Shown here piece by piece: positions 28,072-38,400 of a DNA stretch of 64,000 bases (its first letter is position 1; every line of letters begins with the position of its first letter). A program made the translations under genes and the position numbers. This stretch comes from a virus. The notes under the pieces were generated by a model. It saw only the letters and a list, made by a program, of their open reading frames with translations. It searched no databases and was not told the origin of the DNA. The stretch covers positions 132,808 through 196,807 of the IMG/VR virus record IMGVR_UViG_3300017774_005745. The stretch is one strand, 5' to 3'.

Positions 28072-28860
28072 TCAATCGAGTTCGATGACTCGTCCGTACT
28101 TCGTGGGAGCAGTTGCTGGAGAATACGACGGGGCCGAGGACTTGGGAGTGTTGTCAATGAGGACCGCTCCAAGTGACTGGCCATTCTTGTACTTCTTGAA
28201 GAGGATGTTCCCCTCCTCAACAACCAAATCAGTGTGCTTACAGCGGCGCTCAGACTGTCCCTTCTTCTTGAAAATCCAACCGGGACAGTTGCAGGCAACA
28301 GAGCCATCAGCCCGCAGCACCGTTGTATACGTTGCTTTGACTCCTGCAACCTCTTTCTGCGACTGCATCTGCCACTGAAAGATCTCCTTCGGCTTCTCAG
28401 TGGGCTTGGTTTTCTTTTTCTTCGGAGGCTTGTTCTTGGTTACAGTTTTGCTGATGGTGAGACCCATGTTTCCCTTCGTGAAACCGGTATTTGCCTCGAC
28501 TGGAGAAAGAGACAGGTGTGGTTTGAGTTGGACAGGGTACTTTTCCGCCAGCTCTTTTAGAGCCTGCATTTGAGGGGCAGTGATTGGCATGCTGGAGGCT
28601 GGCGCAAGGGTGACCTCCCCACACGGATTCTTGTTACCAAAGAACTCATCGCCCAATGCTTGCTCGTACGCCATGACTTTGTACTTATACTTTATGTGCT
28701 CGATCATGACATGGAGTGACGGGGTGTCCTTCAGTCCGATGAGATGACTGAGTTCAATCTCCATCTGGTTCTTAAGCTGTTGTGCCAATTCCGCTGCACT
28801 AGGCTTCTTCGTTGCCAAAGAGCCTAGTGCAGGGAACTTACCTTTGTTGAAGAAAGGCAC
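28072..28860 (-). CDS. SWIM zinc-finger protein
   Basis: CNCPGW...RRCKH. Confidence 0.65.
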   Translation of the reverse strand: MPFFNKGKFPALGSLATKKPSAAELAQQLKNQMEIELSHLIGLKDTPSLHVMIEHIKYKYKVMAYEQALGDEFFGNKNPCGEVTLAPASSMPITAPQMQALKELAEKYPVQLKPHLSLSPVEANTGFTKGNMGLTISKTVTKNKPPKKKKTKPTEKPKEIFQWQMQSQKEVAGVKATYTTVLRADGSVACNCPGWIFKKKGQSERRCKHTDLVVEEGNILFKKYKNGQSLGAVLIDNTPKSSAPSYSPATAPTKYGRVIELD

Positions 28861-28862
28861 GG

Positions 28863-29309
28863 TCAGGTGTACTTCGTTGCGAAGAGCTTGATGGTTCCGT
28901 CCTTCTGAACCTCCCGCTTCATCGCATACCCCTGGCTCTTCAGCTGCTTCTCAGTGACCTTGGCAGTGTACTCTTGCAGCACCTTGTTCTGCTTGGCGGT
29001 GCTGTAGTGACTGCCCTTGTCGTAGTCGGAGATATACGCAACGTACTTGCCGTCCTCCGTCCTCTGGTAGCCGATGTCATTGGAAGCACTCCCCACGTGC
29101 TTCCGACGAATGATGATGTGACACGGAGGTGCGTAGTTCGGGTTGCTCTTCGAGAGACTCGACCTGTCGTCTCCGTGGTAACCCTGGAGCGATGCCCCAT
29201 CATCGTGAACTTCCACATGCCCCTCACCGAAGAGGGTCTCCAAAGCAGCAACAAGCTGCTTCTCGTTCTTCTGGAGGAAGTTTACTTTGATTTCTGTGAA
29301 GTGACTCAT
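28863..29309 (-). CDS. DUF1257 (Ycf35-like) protein
   Basis: MSHFTEIKV...LVAAL, GYHGD, DIG, I.DY; ATG at 29309. Confidence 0.75.
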   Translation of the reverse strand: MSHFTEIKVNFLQKNEKQLVAALETLFGEGHVEVHDDGASLQGYHGDDRSSLSKSNPNYAPPCHIIIRRKHVGSASNDIGYQRTEDGKYVAYISDYDKGSHYSTAKQNKVLQEYTAKVTEKQLKSQGYAMKREVQKDGTIKLFATKYT

Positions 29310-29314
29310 GTCCT

Positions 29315-30913
29315 TTAGACCTCGATTGCCCGTCCGGTGGACGATGGCTCGTTGTTGGAGGATGTGGTTTCTTTTCTCGGGCCTGCGTTCGCAGGACGCG
29401 TTCTGCTCTTGCACCACTCCTGCATGGCTTCGATTTCCCTCTTCATCATCTTCGACAGCGGCACTGTTGACTTGATGGCAGCGAGGACATCTTCTGACGC
29501 CATCTGTCTCCTCTTATTTGAGAAGGCGGTGAACAGGGCCTCGTTCACGATTGCCTCAATCTCCGCGCCAGAGAACTCTTCCGTCTCTGCAGCGAAGAGA
29601 CTGATATCACCCTTCTTGAAGGCTTCCAGCCTCTTTCTCTTCTTGAGGTGGATGTTGAAGATCTCCACTCTCTCTTCGTTGCTTGGAAGAAGGACGGAGA
29701 ACGTCTCATCGAATCTTCCCTTTCTCAAGAGCTCCGGAGGAAGGGCAGACACGTTGTTGGCAGTCGCATACACGAACACCTGCGACTTCTTCTCCTGCAT
29801 CCAGGTGAGGAAAGTTCCGAGAACTCGTGCGCCAACTCCAGAGTCCAAGCTCCCACCTCCTGAACCTGCGAAACCCTTTTCGATTTCATCCAACCAGAGG
29901 ACGCATGGCGAGACAGCCTCTGCCGTCTCGATGACTCTGCGAGCGTTCTCTTCTGACGCGCCCACGAGGCCAGCGAAGATTCGGCCCATGTCGCACCGAA
30001 GGAGAGGAAGTCCCAGTTCCTCGCTGATGGCTCGTGCCCCGATGGACTTTCCAGAACCCGGAGGACCAACCATCAGAATGCCCTTCAGAGGGTCGAGCCC
30101 GTAGGTGGCAGCCTCCTCGGTGAACGCATCCTTTCGAATGGAAATCCAAGTCTTCAGATTTGCCATTCCACCGATTTGAGACAGACCTGCCTTCCCTGGA
30201 GGGTAGTAGGTCAGCAACCCCGTCTTCTTGAGGGTCGAGCACTTCTCCTCCATGACGAAGGAAGGGTCCCACTTCTCAGTGCCGCCCGCTTTCTTGGTTC
30301 GAATGACGCACAACGCGAGAGCATTCTCTGCCTCTGTCGTGGTGAGACCCTGAGAAGCTTCGATGAGATGCTTTCGCACATCCTCAGGAGGCTTCATGTC
30401 TGTCTTGCCCGTGATGTTCGTCACGATGGCATCCAGCACGTGCCCCAGCTCCTCTTTGTCTGGGAGCGTCATGTCGACAACAGCGAAGTCCTTCTCAACC
30501 TCCATCGGGAGCTTGAGAACGGGACTGACGATTACCAACATTCGTCCCGTGCTCTTGAAGATTGGAATGAGCTCAATCAACCGCGACTGCACTCCTGGGT
30601 CGTCCAGGAAGTGGTGCATCAGAGGAAGAACTGCGATGACCGACTTGTTGGCCTTCATCGCCATCAAGTAATCGAGAACACCGCCCGGAGACTCGGTCTC
30701 CGGAACGTATGACCCGGAACCGCTGTTCATCTTGATGCCCTTGGTGAGCGTCCAGATGAGATAGTCCCTCTTCACCTCACCTGCCATCGCTTCGATTTCT
30801 TTGAAGGACCTCGTGTACTCCGAGCTCCTCAGGAAGATGGCCGGATATCCGGCTTTCGCCTTCTCAATCAGTGTTGCTTTGGTGCTGTTCACTTTGTTCC
30901 TTTCGCGGAGCAA
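29315..30913 (-). CDS. Ycf46-like AAA+ ATPase
   Basis: IGGMANLK, GPPGSGKS, LWLDEIEK, TANN...LPPELLRKGRFDE; inactive N-terminal AAA-like domain. Confidence 0.88.
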   Translation of the reverse strand: MLRERNKVNSTKATLIEKAKAGYPAIFLRSSEYTRSFKEIEAMAGEVKRDYLIWTLTKGIKMNSGSGSYVPETESPGGVLDYLMAMKANKSVIAVLPLMHHFLDDPGVQSRLIELIPIFKSTGRMLVIVSPVLKLPMEVEKDFAVVDMTLPDKEELGHVLDAIVTNITGKTDMKPPEDVRKHLIEASQGLTTTEAENALALCVIRTKKAGGTEKWDPSFVMEEKCSTLKKTGLLTYYPPGKAGLSQIGGMANLKTWISIRKDAFTEEAATYGLDPLKGILMVGPPGSGKSIGARAISEELGLPLLRCDMGRIFAGLVGASEENARRVIETAEAVSPCVLWLDEIEKGFAGSGGGSLDSGVGARVLGTFLTWMQEKKSQVFVYATANNVSALPPELLRKGRFDETFSVLLPSNEERVEIFNIHLKKRKRLEAFKKGDISLFAAETEEFSGAEIEAIVNEALFTAFSNKRRQMASEDVLAAIKSTVPLSKMMKREIEAMQEWCKSRTRPANAGPRKETTSSNNEPSSTGRAIEV

Positions 30914-31244
30914 GGAGCTCCCAGAAAAACTTCAACTCCCACTCGATTGCCTTCTCCCTCGTTTTGAAGACATGAATGTCGTACTTCTCTTCTCTGCTGC
31001 AAATGATTCGTCCGAGGATGCTCTCCTCGATAGTGATAGACTGGCGAAGTGCCAACGAAGGGTCATAAGCAGATCGAACCGTCCATCCCTTCTCGTCTGG
31101 GAACTCCTCCCACTCCACATTCGAGGCTCGACAAGAAGTACTGATCTCTCCTCCAAGAGACTCAGCAAACTCCTCGATTCCTTCTTGATGCACAGTTCGA
31201 ATCGTCCCATCTTCATCTATCTGAAGTTCTACTTCCTTCTTCAC
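30864..31244 (-). CDS. Hypothetical protein of the Ycf46 module
   Basis: IDEDG.I..V...RASNVE...F.TRE.AI.WE motif. Confidence 0.55.
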   Translation of the reverse strand: MKKEVELQIDEDGTIRTVHQEGIEEFAESLGGEISTSCRASNVEWEEFPDEKGWTVRSAYDPSLALRQSITIEESILGRIICSREEKYDIHVFKTREKAIEWELKFFWELLAPRKEQSEQHQSNTD

Positions 31245-31947
31245 TGAGCTCCTCCTCTGTAGCAGGTCTGAACATCTGCTCCTTTTGAAGCGTGGTGAGG
31301 TGCGCTTGTATCCAGTCGTATGGATTCGAGACGCTACTCGCTGCCTCTTTGATTTTGGTGATGAGCTCAGGCTTGAGAGTAGCGACCACCGGGTGCTTAC
31401 CCTTCACGAACGTATCGAGAGCCCAAAGAACTGAAATTGAGATGGGAGATGGAGTGGGGTCTTTTGTCGTCTCGTAGTTCCATTCAGATACTGCATCCTC
31501 CGCCCAGAGAAGGTCCAGTCTCATGATTTCCCCTGTCGGGTGGTCTGGAGAACAGTTCTTCGGGTCACTCACAGAGAAGTGGTAACGGCATGCAGCCGGT
31601 CTCCTCTCGTAGATAGAGCATTGATTGTCTTTGAGGAAGGCGCACGGAATGTTCTTTGAGAAGTAAGACCCGTGGGTCATGCCTGGGTAGTCTACTTCTT
31701 TTGCGCCCATGACGAGTGTGTCGATGAGAGACGGAAGTAAAAGAAGAGAGCGCTCATCGCTAAGAAGATACTCTGCGATGTTTATCCCTTCTACATTCAA
31801 GCTGAGGGAAAGGAGAGAGCAGCACGCGCTACAGCCCTTCGAACACGTGACCGGCAGTTCTTCTCGTTTCGCGTTATTCGCAGAAACGATTGTGTCGAGC
31901 TCGGCAGTTAGCCGTCGCAACTCTCTCGTAAGAGGGATAGAATTCAA
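31213..31947 (-). CDS. YkgJ/UPF0153-like Cys-cluster protein
   Basis: CSKGCSACC, CAFL.DNQCSIYERRPAACR. Confidence 0.8.
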   Translation of the reverse strand: MNSIPLTRELRRLTAELDTIVSANNAKREELPVTCSKGCSACCSLLSLSLNVEGINIAEYLLSDERSLLLLPSLIDTLVMGAKEVDYPGMTHGSYFSKNIPCAFLKDNQCSIYERRPAACRYHFSVSDPKNCSPDHPTGEIMRLDLLWAEDAVSEWNYETTKDPTPSPISISVLWALDTFVKGKHPVVATLKPELITKIKEAASSVSNPYDWIQAHLTTLQKEQMFRPATEEELSEEGSRTSDR

Positions 31948-32085
31948 GAAGGTCTCTCCAAGTAGGAAGAAAAGATAGACGAGTGTCTCGTCAACCTCTT
32001 ATGCCACCAGAACGCTCATTTTGAGCATCTACGGTTGGGTCGAACGGTCTTGCCATGTCCTGACCTCGGGTACTATAACTATGCA

Positions 32086-32493
32086 GTGCCTAAGAGCGAA
32101 TACCTCGCCAGAAACCTGGTGAATCACGTACTGTGCGGTCCAGGGTCCCTAAACCCTCAATCTGCCTTTCCGCAGCCTTCTGTTCTGTATGTGGCTCTCT
32201 TCACCGTTTCACCAACAGCCTCCACGGCGGGGGTTGAGGTAATCTCTGGAGGCTACTATAGAGTTGTCGGAAACTTTGCCCCTTCGAGTCTTCAAGGAAC
32301 GTCCTCAAACAACATCGTCATATCGTTCCCAGGGGCTTCTTCAAACTGGGGTACTGTCGTCGCCTTTGGTGTGTTTGACTCTCTAACAGTCGGTAATTTG
32401 CTGTTCTTCGACGCTCTAACTGTTCCGTTATTTGTCGGGACAGGAGAACAGATGTCATTCCCACCAGGGGCCCTCACTGCTAGAGAGATGTAG
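32086..32493 (+). CDS. Virion tail/fibre-associated structural protein (KS.YL...YVALFT...Y.R family)
   Basis: FP.A...WGTV..FG.FD....GNLLF motif typical of phage tail proteins. Confidence 0.7.
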   Translation: MPKSEYLARNLVNHVLCGPGSLNPQSAFPQPSVLYVALFTVSPTASTAGVEVISGGYYRVVGNFAPSSLQGTSSNNIVISFPGASSNWGTVVAFGVFDSLTVGNLLFFDALTVPLFVGTGEQMSFPPGALTAREM

Positions 32494-32603
32494 TTTCATA
32501 GAAGAGTTGACTTCCCACTGCACCTTAACCTATTTTTTGATGTACTCTTGAGTCTCATCTTTTTGAGATTTCATCGTAGAACCCGCACAACTGGAGAACA
32601 CAC

Positions 32604-33056
32604 ATGGCTCGTTACGTGGCTGAGATGAACCGTACTGCTTCTACCACCCTTTCCGTCGGCTCAGTCAACGCGCCCGGCGCTTCGATGCGCAGAGTCAAGG
32701 TCTATGACTTCCTGTTTGGTTCGGAAGCCACTCCTGCGGACAACGCATTCCTGTGGCAAGCACAGCGTTGCACGACTGCCGGAACTGGCTCTGCCGTGAC
32801 TCCTCTGGCTCTCGACCCTGCTGACGCCGCATCTGTGGCAACCGCTGCAGAGAACCACACCGTTGACCCTACCCTCACGGCCAACGCCATCCTCTTGAGC
32901 ATTGCGCTCAACCAGCGTGCCTCGTTCCGTTGGGTCGCGGCACCGGGTGGTGAGCTTGTGATTCCTGCCACTGCCTCGAACGGAATTGCGTTCCGCACTC
33001 CGACCGCTGGTGGTCTCGTCGCTGTGACCGCAACGGTTCACTTCGAAGAGCAGTAA
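32604..33056 (+). CDS. Ala/Thr-rich putative structural protein
   Basis: RBS GGAG; beta-rich composition; context. Confidence 0.65.
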   Translation: MARYVAEMNRTASTTLSVGSVNAPGASMRRVKVYDFLFGSEATPADNAFLWQAQRCTTAGTGSAVTPLALDPADAASVATAAENHTVDPTLTANAILLSIALNQRASFRWVAAPGGELVIPATASNGIAFRTPTAGGLVAVTATVHFEEQ

Positions 33057-33081
33057 TCAGTAAGGCAAGGAGACAGCAAGA

Positions 33082-33345
33082 ATGAGTCGCGCTCAAAAAG
33101 GCTACTTGATTATCACAGACCCAAATGCGAGTTCCCCATTTGAGCGTGACACATTCACTTGCAGCCATTGCCAGAAGGTAGTCATTGTAGAGTTTAAAGC
33201 CAACCCCGACGACCTCGGAGGTTTCTGTAGACTCTGCATGAAGAGTGTTTGTCCGAACTGTGTTGGAAAAGGATGCCATCCCTTCGAGAAGAAGTTGGAA
33301 GAGATGGAGGCAAAAGACCGGTTCCAGAGGTCTCTGGGAGTGTGA
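33082..33345 (+). CDS. Cys-rich small protein
   Basis: CSHC...CRLC...CPNC. Confidence 0.55.
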   Translation: MSRAQKGYLIITDPNASSPFERDTFTCSHCQKVVIVEFKANPDDLGGFCRLCMKSVCPNCVGKGCHPFEKKLEEMEAKDRFQRSLGV

Positions 33346-33349
33346 TTCA

Positions 33350-33673
33350 ATGTCATCGCTTGCATCTCTAAACGCTCGTTTCGTTGATGCAGGCGGACCC
33401 GACGCCTTTTACTTGAGTGGTGAACCAGAGGAATTCCGAACGGGAGTCGGAATCACGATGGAGTGCCCGTGCGGAGGTCTCCCTTCCTGCATCGGTGACC
33501 TCTACGTGTCTTTCACCAATCCCCTCGATGGCGGTCCCTTCCTCGACATTACCGGACACCAACGAAACGGTGAAACACTGGACTCTATCACCATCAGCGC
33601 AAGAATTGTTCGTCTCGGAGGGTGTGGTTGGCGAGGTTGGGTAGAGTCTGGTCACGTTGTGACAGAGGGCTGA
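33350..33673 (+). CDS. DUF6527-like protein
   Basis: CPCG...F.NP.DGG...T.S..I...CGWRG.V..G. Confidence 0.55.
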   Translation: MSSLASLNARFVDAGGPDAFYLSGEPEEFRTGVGITMECPCGGLPSCIGDLYVSFTNPLDGGPFLDITGHQRNGETLDSITISARIVRLGGCGWRGWVESGHVVTEG

Positions 33674-33677
33674 AGTA

Positions 33678-33971
33678 ATGGCGTCCGGAACTGGCTCTAC
33701 AACAATTGCCTTTGGAGGCTTTCCTGGGAGCAATGAGGCATCCGTCGTTGTTACGGGTATTGCCGCCATTAGTGGGAGCGCAAGAGTTGAAGCATTCTTC
33801 ATGCGCAGCACAAGCTCAAACCACACAATCAACGACCACTCTTACGCCGCTCTTTTGACTGGTCTGACTTGTGGTGATGTAGTGGCTGCGACTGGATTTA
33901 CTATCTACGCCCGTAGCCTGGAAAAACTCACAGGCGAATTCACACTCCAATACGTTTGGGTGGACATCTAA
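33678..33971 (+). CDS. Putative structural protein
   Basis: ORF track; context. Confidence 0.6.
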   Translation: MASGTGSTTIAFGGFPGSNEASVVVTGIAAISGSARVEAFFMRSTSSNHTINDHSYAALLTGLTCGDVVAATGFTIYARSLEKLTGEFTLQYVWVDI

Positions 33972-33980
33972 GGATTCATC

Positions 33981-35423
33981 ATGGCCCTCGATTCAAAGAT
34001 TGTTGGAACTTCTTCGGGTAACGGCGCAGAGGTAACCGCTGACAACAACCTCAAGGTGGTCACCCCTACGGTTCCGTCGCAGGCGGGGTTCGTCAAGCTC
34101 GTAGGCGAATTGTCTGCATCGGGCGACCCCTACGGTCTTCTGAACGAAGCCGTCCGTACGTCAGCCCAGGGACGTATCGCTGCGGGTCAGCCCGTCGCAT
34201 TGATGAACGAATTTTTCAACAACACCACGTTGAACTCGGCCATCATGCAGGCCCCGGTCACGACCATGACCGTGACGGTAGCCGGTGGTACTCTCAACTT
34301 GAACGCCTCGGCCATCACGACCCTCAACACCGTGGCTCGTGTCTCGACGTATCCCCACTTCCCGTTCTACGCGGACATGGCGACGTACACCACGTTCGAC
34401 GCTTTGCTCACCCAGCCGCCCCAGAACAACTGCGTCATTGAAATGGGCTTTGGTATCGCAACAGCGAGCGCCACCCCTACAGACGGCGCGTTCTTCCGAT
34501 ACACCGCCACAGGCACTCTCGTCGGCGTCATCAACACGAACGGTGCGGAAATCACCACCGCGTCGATGACTGTTCCGACTGAAGGCGTGATGTCCCGGTA
34601 CAAAATCGTTGTCGAGAACGACCGAGTGTTCTTCTCAATCAACGGCGCGGTCCAAGCGGTGTTGGCGACCCCCAACACATCGGGCTTCCCGACTTACTCG
34701 CCTTCGCAGCCCTGGTTTGCCCGTGTCATCAATACGGCTATTGCTCCGACTCTCGCGAACACGCTCAAGATTGGTTACCTCTGCGTCGGCCTCCAGGATG
34801 CAGGTGGTCTGCTCATGGACGTCGGCACGCTCGCCGCGTACTCGGGTCGTCATGGTGGGCAGGGTCAGACCGGCTACACGGTCGGCTCCACCGCCCTCTA
34901 CACCAACTCGCTTGCCCCTGGTGCTGGTGCCGCGATTGCCAACGCTACGGCCGGTGCTGGTGCTCTCGGCCTCGGTGGTCAGTTCGCTGTCCTCCCGACG
35001 CTCACCGCCAACACGGACGGTATTCTTTGCAGCTACGCCAACCCGGTACCCTCAGCGGCCGTCCCCGGTAAGACGCTCTTCATCAAGGGAATTAAAATCC
35101 AGGGCATCGTAACGACCATCTTGGCGGGTGGTCCGGTCTACTACGCATACGCTGCATGTTACGGCCACACCAACGTCTCGTTGGCGACCACTGAATCTGC
35201 GACAGCCAAGGCTCCTCGGCGTATCCCGCTTGGGTGGGAATCCTATGCCGCCACGGCTGCTGTAGGTACTCTCGGTTCGGCGAACGGCGTGTATATGGCG
35301 TTCAATAACCCCATCCCTGTCCTTCCGGGCGAGTTCTTTGCTATCTCAGCCAAAAACGTCGGTACCGTCACAACGACTGGCGTCATCACCATCCTCGTCG
35401 CAATCGACTCAGTATTCATCTAA
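33981..35423 (+). CDS. Putative fibre/receptor-binding protein with lectin-like beta-sandwich
   Basis: 480 aa, G/A/T-rich; Y.I...V.F.ING..V pattern. Confidence 0.65.
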   Translation: MALDSKIVGTSSGNGAEVTADNNLKVVTPTVPSQAGFVKLVGELSASGDPYGLLNEAVRTSAQGRIAAGQPVALMNEFFNNTTLNSAIMQAPVTTMTVTVAGGTLNLNASAITTLNTVARVSTYPHFPFYADMATYTTFDALLTQPPQNNCVIEMGFGIATASATPTDGAFFRYTATGTLVGVINTNGAEITTASMTVPTEGVMSRYKIVVENDRVFFSINGAVQAVLATPNTSGFPTYSPSQPWFARVINTAIAPTLANTLKIGYLCVGLQDAGGLLMDVGTLAAYSGRHGGQGQTGYTVGSTALYTNSLAPGAGAAIANATAGAGALGLGGQFAVLPTLTANTDGILCSYANPVPSAAVPGKTLFIKGIKIQGIVTTILAGGPVYYAYAACYGHTNVSLATTESATAKAPRRIPLGWESYAATAAVGTLGSANGVYMAFNNPIPVLPGEFFAISAKNVGTVTTTGVITILVAIDSVFI

Positions 35424-35448
35424 CAACGCAAGAGAGGCCGCGAGGTTC

Positions 35449-35471
35449 TTTCAATCTTAGACCTAAGATTG
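35449..35471 (+). terminator. Inverted repeat
   Basis: ttcaatcttag-ac-ctaagattgaa. Confidence 0.4.
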
Positions 35472-35495
35472 AATTGAAAAAGGAGAGGTGAAACT

Positions 35496-38400
35496 ATGTC
35501 GCTTCTCCTTTCCGGGGCAGGTGGTTCAACTCCTCCCTTTAACCCGGCATCGGGTTTTCCTTACGTTCAAAACGCAGACCCAGTAAGAGTTCCGAGCAGA
35601 GCAACTGCTGCTCTTCTTACTACTGCTGTCTTTCTGACTCTCGGCCCGCCTCCAGTTAATCCTGGAAACGGGTTCCCATATCCAAAATACCCAGACAGGG
35701 TTGATGCGAAGAAGCGCAATCCTGCAGCACTGAGTCAGCAGGCGTGTGCGTTTGTACAGCCTGCTGAATTCGATACTGCTCTTCGTTTCAATTCACATGC
35801 TGATAGGATTGAGAACTCGGGAGCTCCAGGTAGCTTTGGGTTAGCTACTGCTGCTTCATACTCGGTCAAATCGCTCTTCTATGTACCGCACGACACCGTG
35901 TTCGGTGGCGGCGACAGCATCCTTTGGTGTGTTGAAAATACAACGACTTTCAACCACATACTTTCGTTTAACAACGCGAACCAGCTCAGGTGGTTCGACA
36001 ACAGTGGTGTGTTCCAGACGATTGGAACCCTCCGGCGAGGCGTCTGGTACTACATCGTCGTCGCGGTCGGAGCAGACGGGGGCGGTGGGACCGGCCCCAT
36101 CACGATGTACTGGGGACCTGTTGGGTCCGCTCCGACAACTTATAACTCAACCGGAAGCCCAAACGTCGGGTTCGTTCCGGATCGATTCACGGTCGGCTCG
36201 TGGGCTCAGAGCTCTGTTGAATTCCTCCCAGGCGTTCTTGTAACGGGCGTTCAGCTTTGGAATAGGACTCTTACTCTTAGCGAAGCGACTAGTGAGGTAG
36301 CACAGCTCGGACCTCACAGTTTTACCAATCTCCTCGTTGATTGGAGACTACGGAAATCGGCCTCGGTCACCGATGCTGTCTCCGTTACAACTCAGTCGGG
36401 CTCAAACCCCGGAGGTGCGGGGGTCTGGGAAGAAGAGCGCGGACCCTTCATTGTCTATGACCCCGAACGCGGGCATCCGTGGCCTCAGCCGGTAGACCCA
36501 GTACGTCCAGCAAAGCCACGTCTCGATGGTGGCTCTGCATTCGTATTCAACCCGGTCGCGGCTCCTGTATTTGATCCGAGCACTGGTTTCCCATGGCCGC
36601 AGCCGTCTGAACCAGTCAGAAAGAAGAGTACAACCTCCGAAGGGTTTAACTCTCTTGTTCTCTTTCAAGCGGCCCCAGTCGTCACTATCGGTTGGGAATC
36701 TTCATTCCCAGACTTCGTACGAGGTGCAGCAAGACAAGTAAACCTTGGTGGGTCCTCTCACGTCATTGTTGAGAGAGAGCCTTCTACTGACTGGTTGCCG
36801 ACTTTCCCCGACTTCACGAGGAAAGCTGCTTCTCCTCTAAACGTCGGCGGCTCGTTTAGAGCTCACGTCGAGTACGAGCCAATTGTTGATTGGCTTCCTA
36901 CTTTCCCAGACTTCACGAGACGGCTCCGTCCTCTTCCAATTCTTGGAGGAGTGTTCCGTACTCACTTGGAGTACGAGCCGAGCACGGACTGGCGACCGAC
37001 CTTCGACGACTTTGCTCGTGCGAAGAAGCCTCTTCCGATTCTTGGTGGTCCGTTCTTTACGTACTTGGAGAGAGAGCCAAATCTCGATTGGTCTCCGACT
37101 TTCCCAGACTTCGTAAGAAAAGCCCCGAGACCCGTAAACGAGGGTGGTGAGTTCCTTCTTAACGTTGGAAACTCTCCACCTGCTCCGACTCTCTCCTGGC
37201 AGCCTGTATTCCCTGACTTCGCAAGGGCAGCACCTCGTCCTGTAAATCAGGGAGGTGCTCCAACTCTTGTCATTCAAGAGCGCGAACCAGTACTCGACTG
37301 GCTCCCGACATTTGCAGACTTCACGAGAAGGAAAGCCAGCCCGGTTAATGAGGGTGGACAGCGTCTCATCAATAGAGACGTCGCCCCGTCTCTCTCGTGG
37401 GCTCCAAGCTTTGCAGACTTCACGCGGTCACTGCCTCGTCCACTGAATGTAGGTGGCACGTTCAGAACTCATCTTGAGCGTGAGCCTGTTCTCGACTGGT
37501 CACCGACTTTTGCTGACTTTGCTCCAGGCAAGAAGCCTCTTCCGATTCTCGGAGGAAACTTCTTTGTTGCTCCTGAGCGTGAGCCAATCGTCGACTGGTT
37601 GCCGTCCTTCCCTGATTTCGCGAGAGCAAAGGCTCGTCCGATCAACGAGGGTGGCTGTGAGTTCGTAGGTCGTCCAGAGGCTCCTGCGGTCTCTTGGCTG
37701 CCGGTCTTCCCTGATTTCGCAAGAGCAGCACGGAGACCGGTTGGAGAAGGATTCAACGCGTTCGTCAAGTTGGAGCGCGAGCCAGCCGTAGATTGGCTGC
37801 CTTCCTTCCCGGACTTTGCAAGAGCTCGGAAGCCTCTTCCGATTCTCGGCGGTCTGTTCCGAACTCACCTCGAACGTGAGCCGCAACTCGATTGGCTCTC
37901 GACGTACCCGGACTTCCCTGCACGAGGTCCACGTCGCCCAGTTCAAGAAGGTGACGTCACTTTCCAGAGATTCACTCCGGCCACGGTTGCGGAGCTCTGG
38001 TATCCGACATTCCCAGATTTCGCCAGAAGAGCACCAAGAGCGCTCAACACTGGTGGAGTCTCTTGGGCATACTTTGAGAGAGAGCCAGTTGTTGATTGGC
38101 TCCCGATATTCCCCGACTTCGCACGTAGAGCACGTCCTCTCGTCTCTGAGGGAATTGTTGCCTTCGTCAAGCTGGACGTCGTTCCTCTCGCGTGGAGTCC
38201 TGAGTTTGCGGACTTCACAAGAAGGAAGCCAGCACCAGTCAATGTTGGTGGCGCGTTCTACACGCATCTTGAGAGAGAGCCGGTCGTTGACTGGCTTCCA
38301 ACTTTCCCTGACTTTGCTCGGAAGGCAAAGCCACTCACTCACCAGTTCTATGCTTTCGTAAAACTTGAGCGTGAGCCTGCTGTTGATTGGTTGCCGTCGT

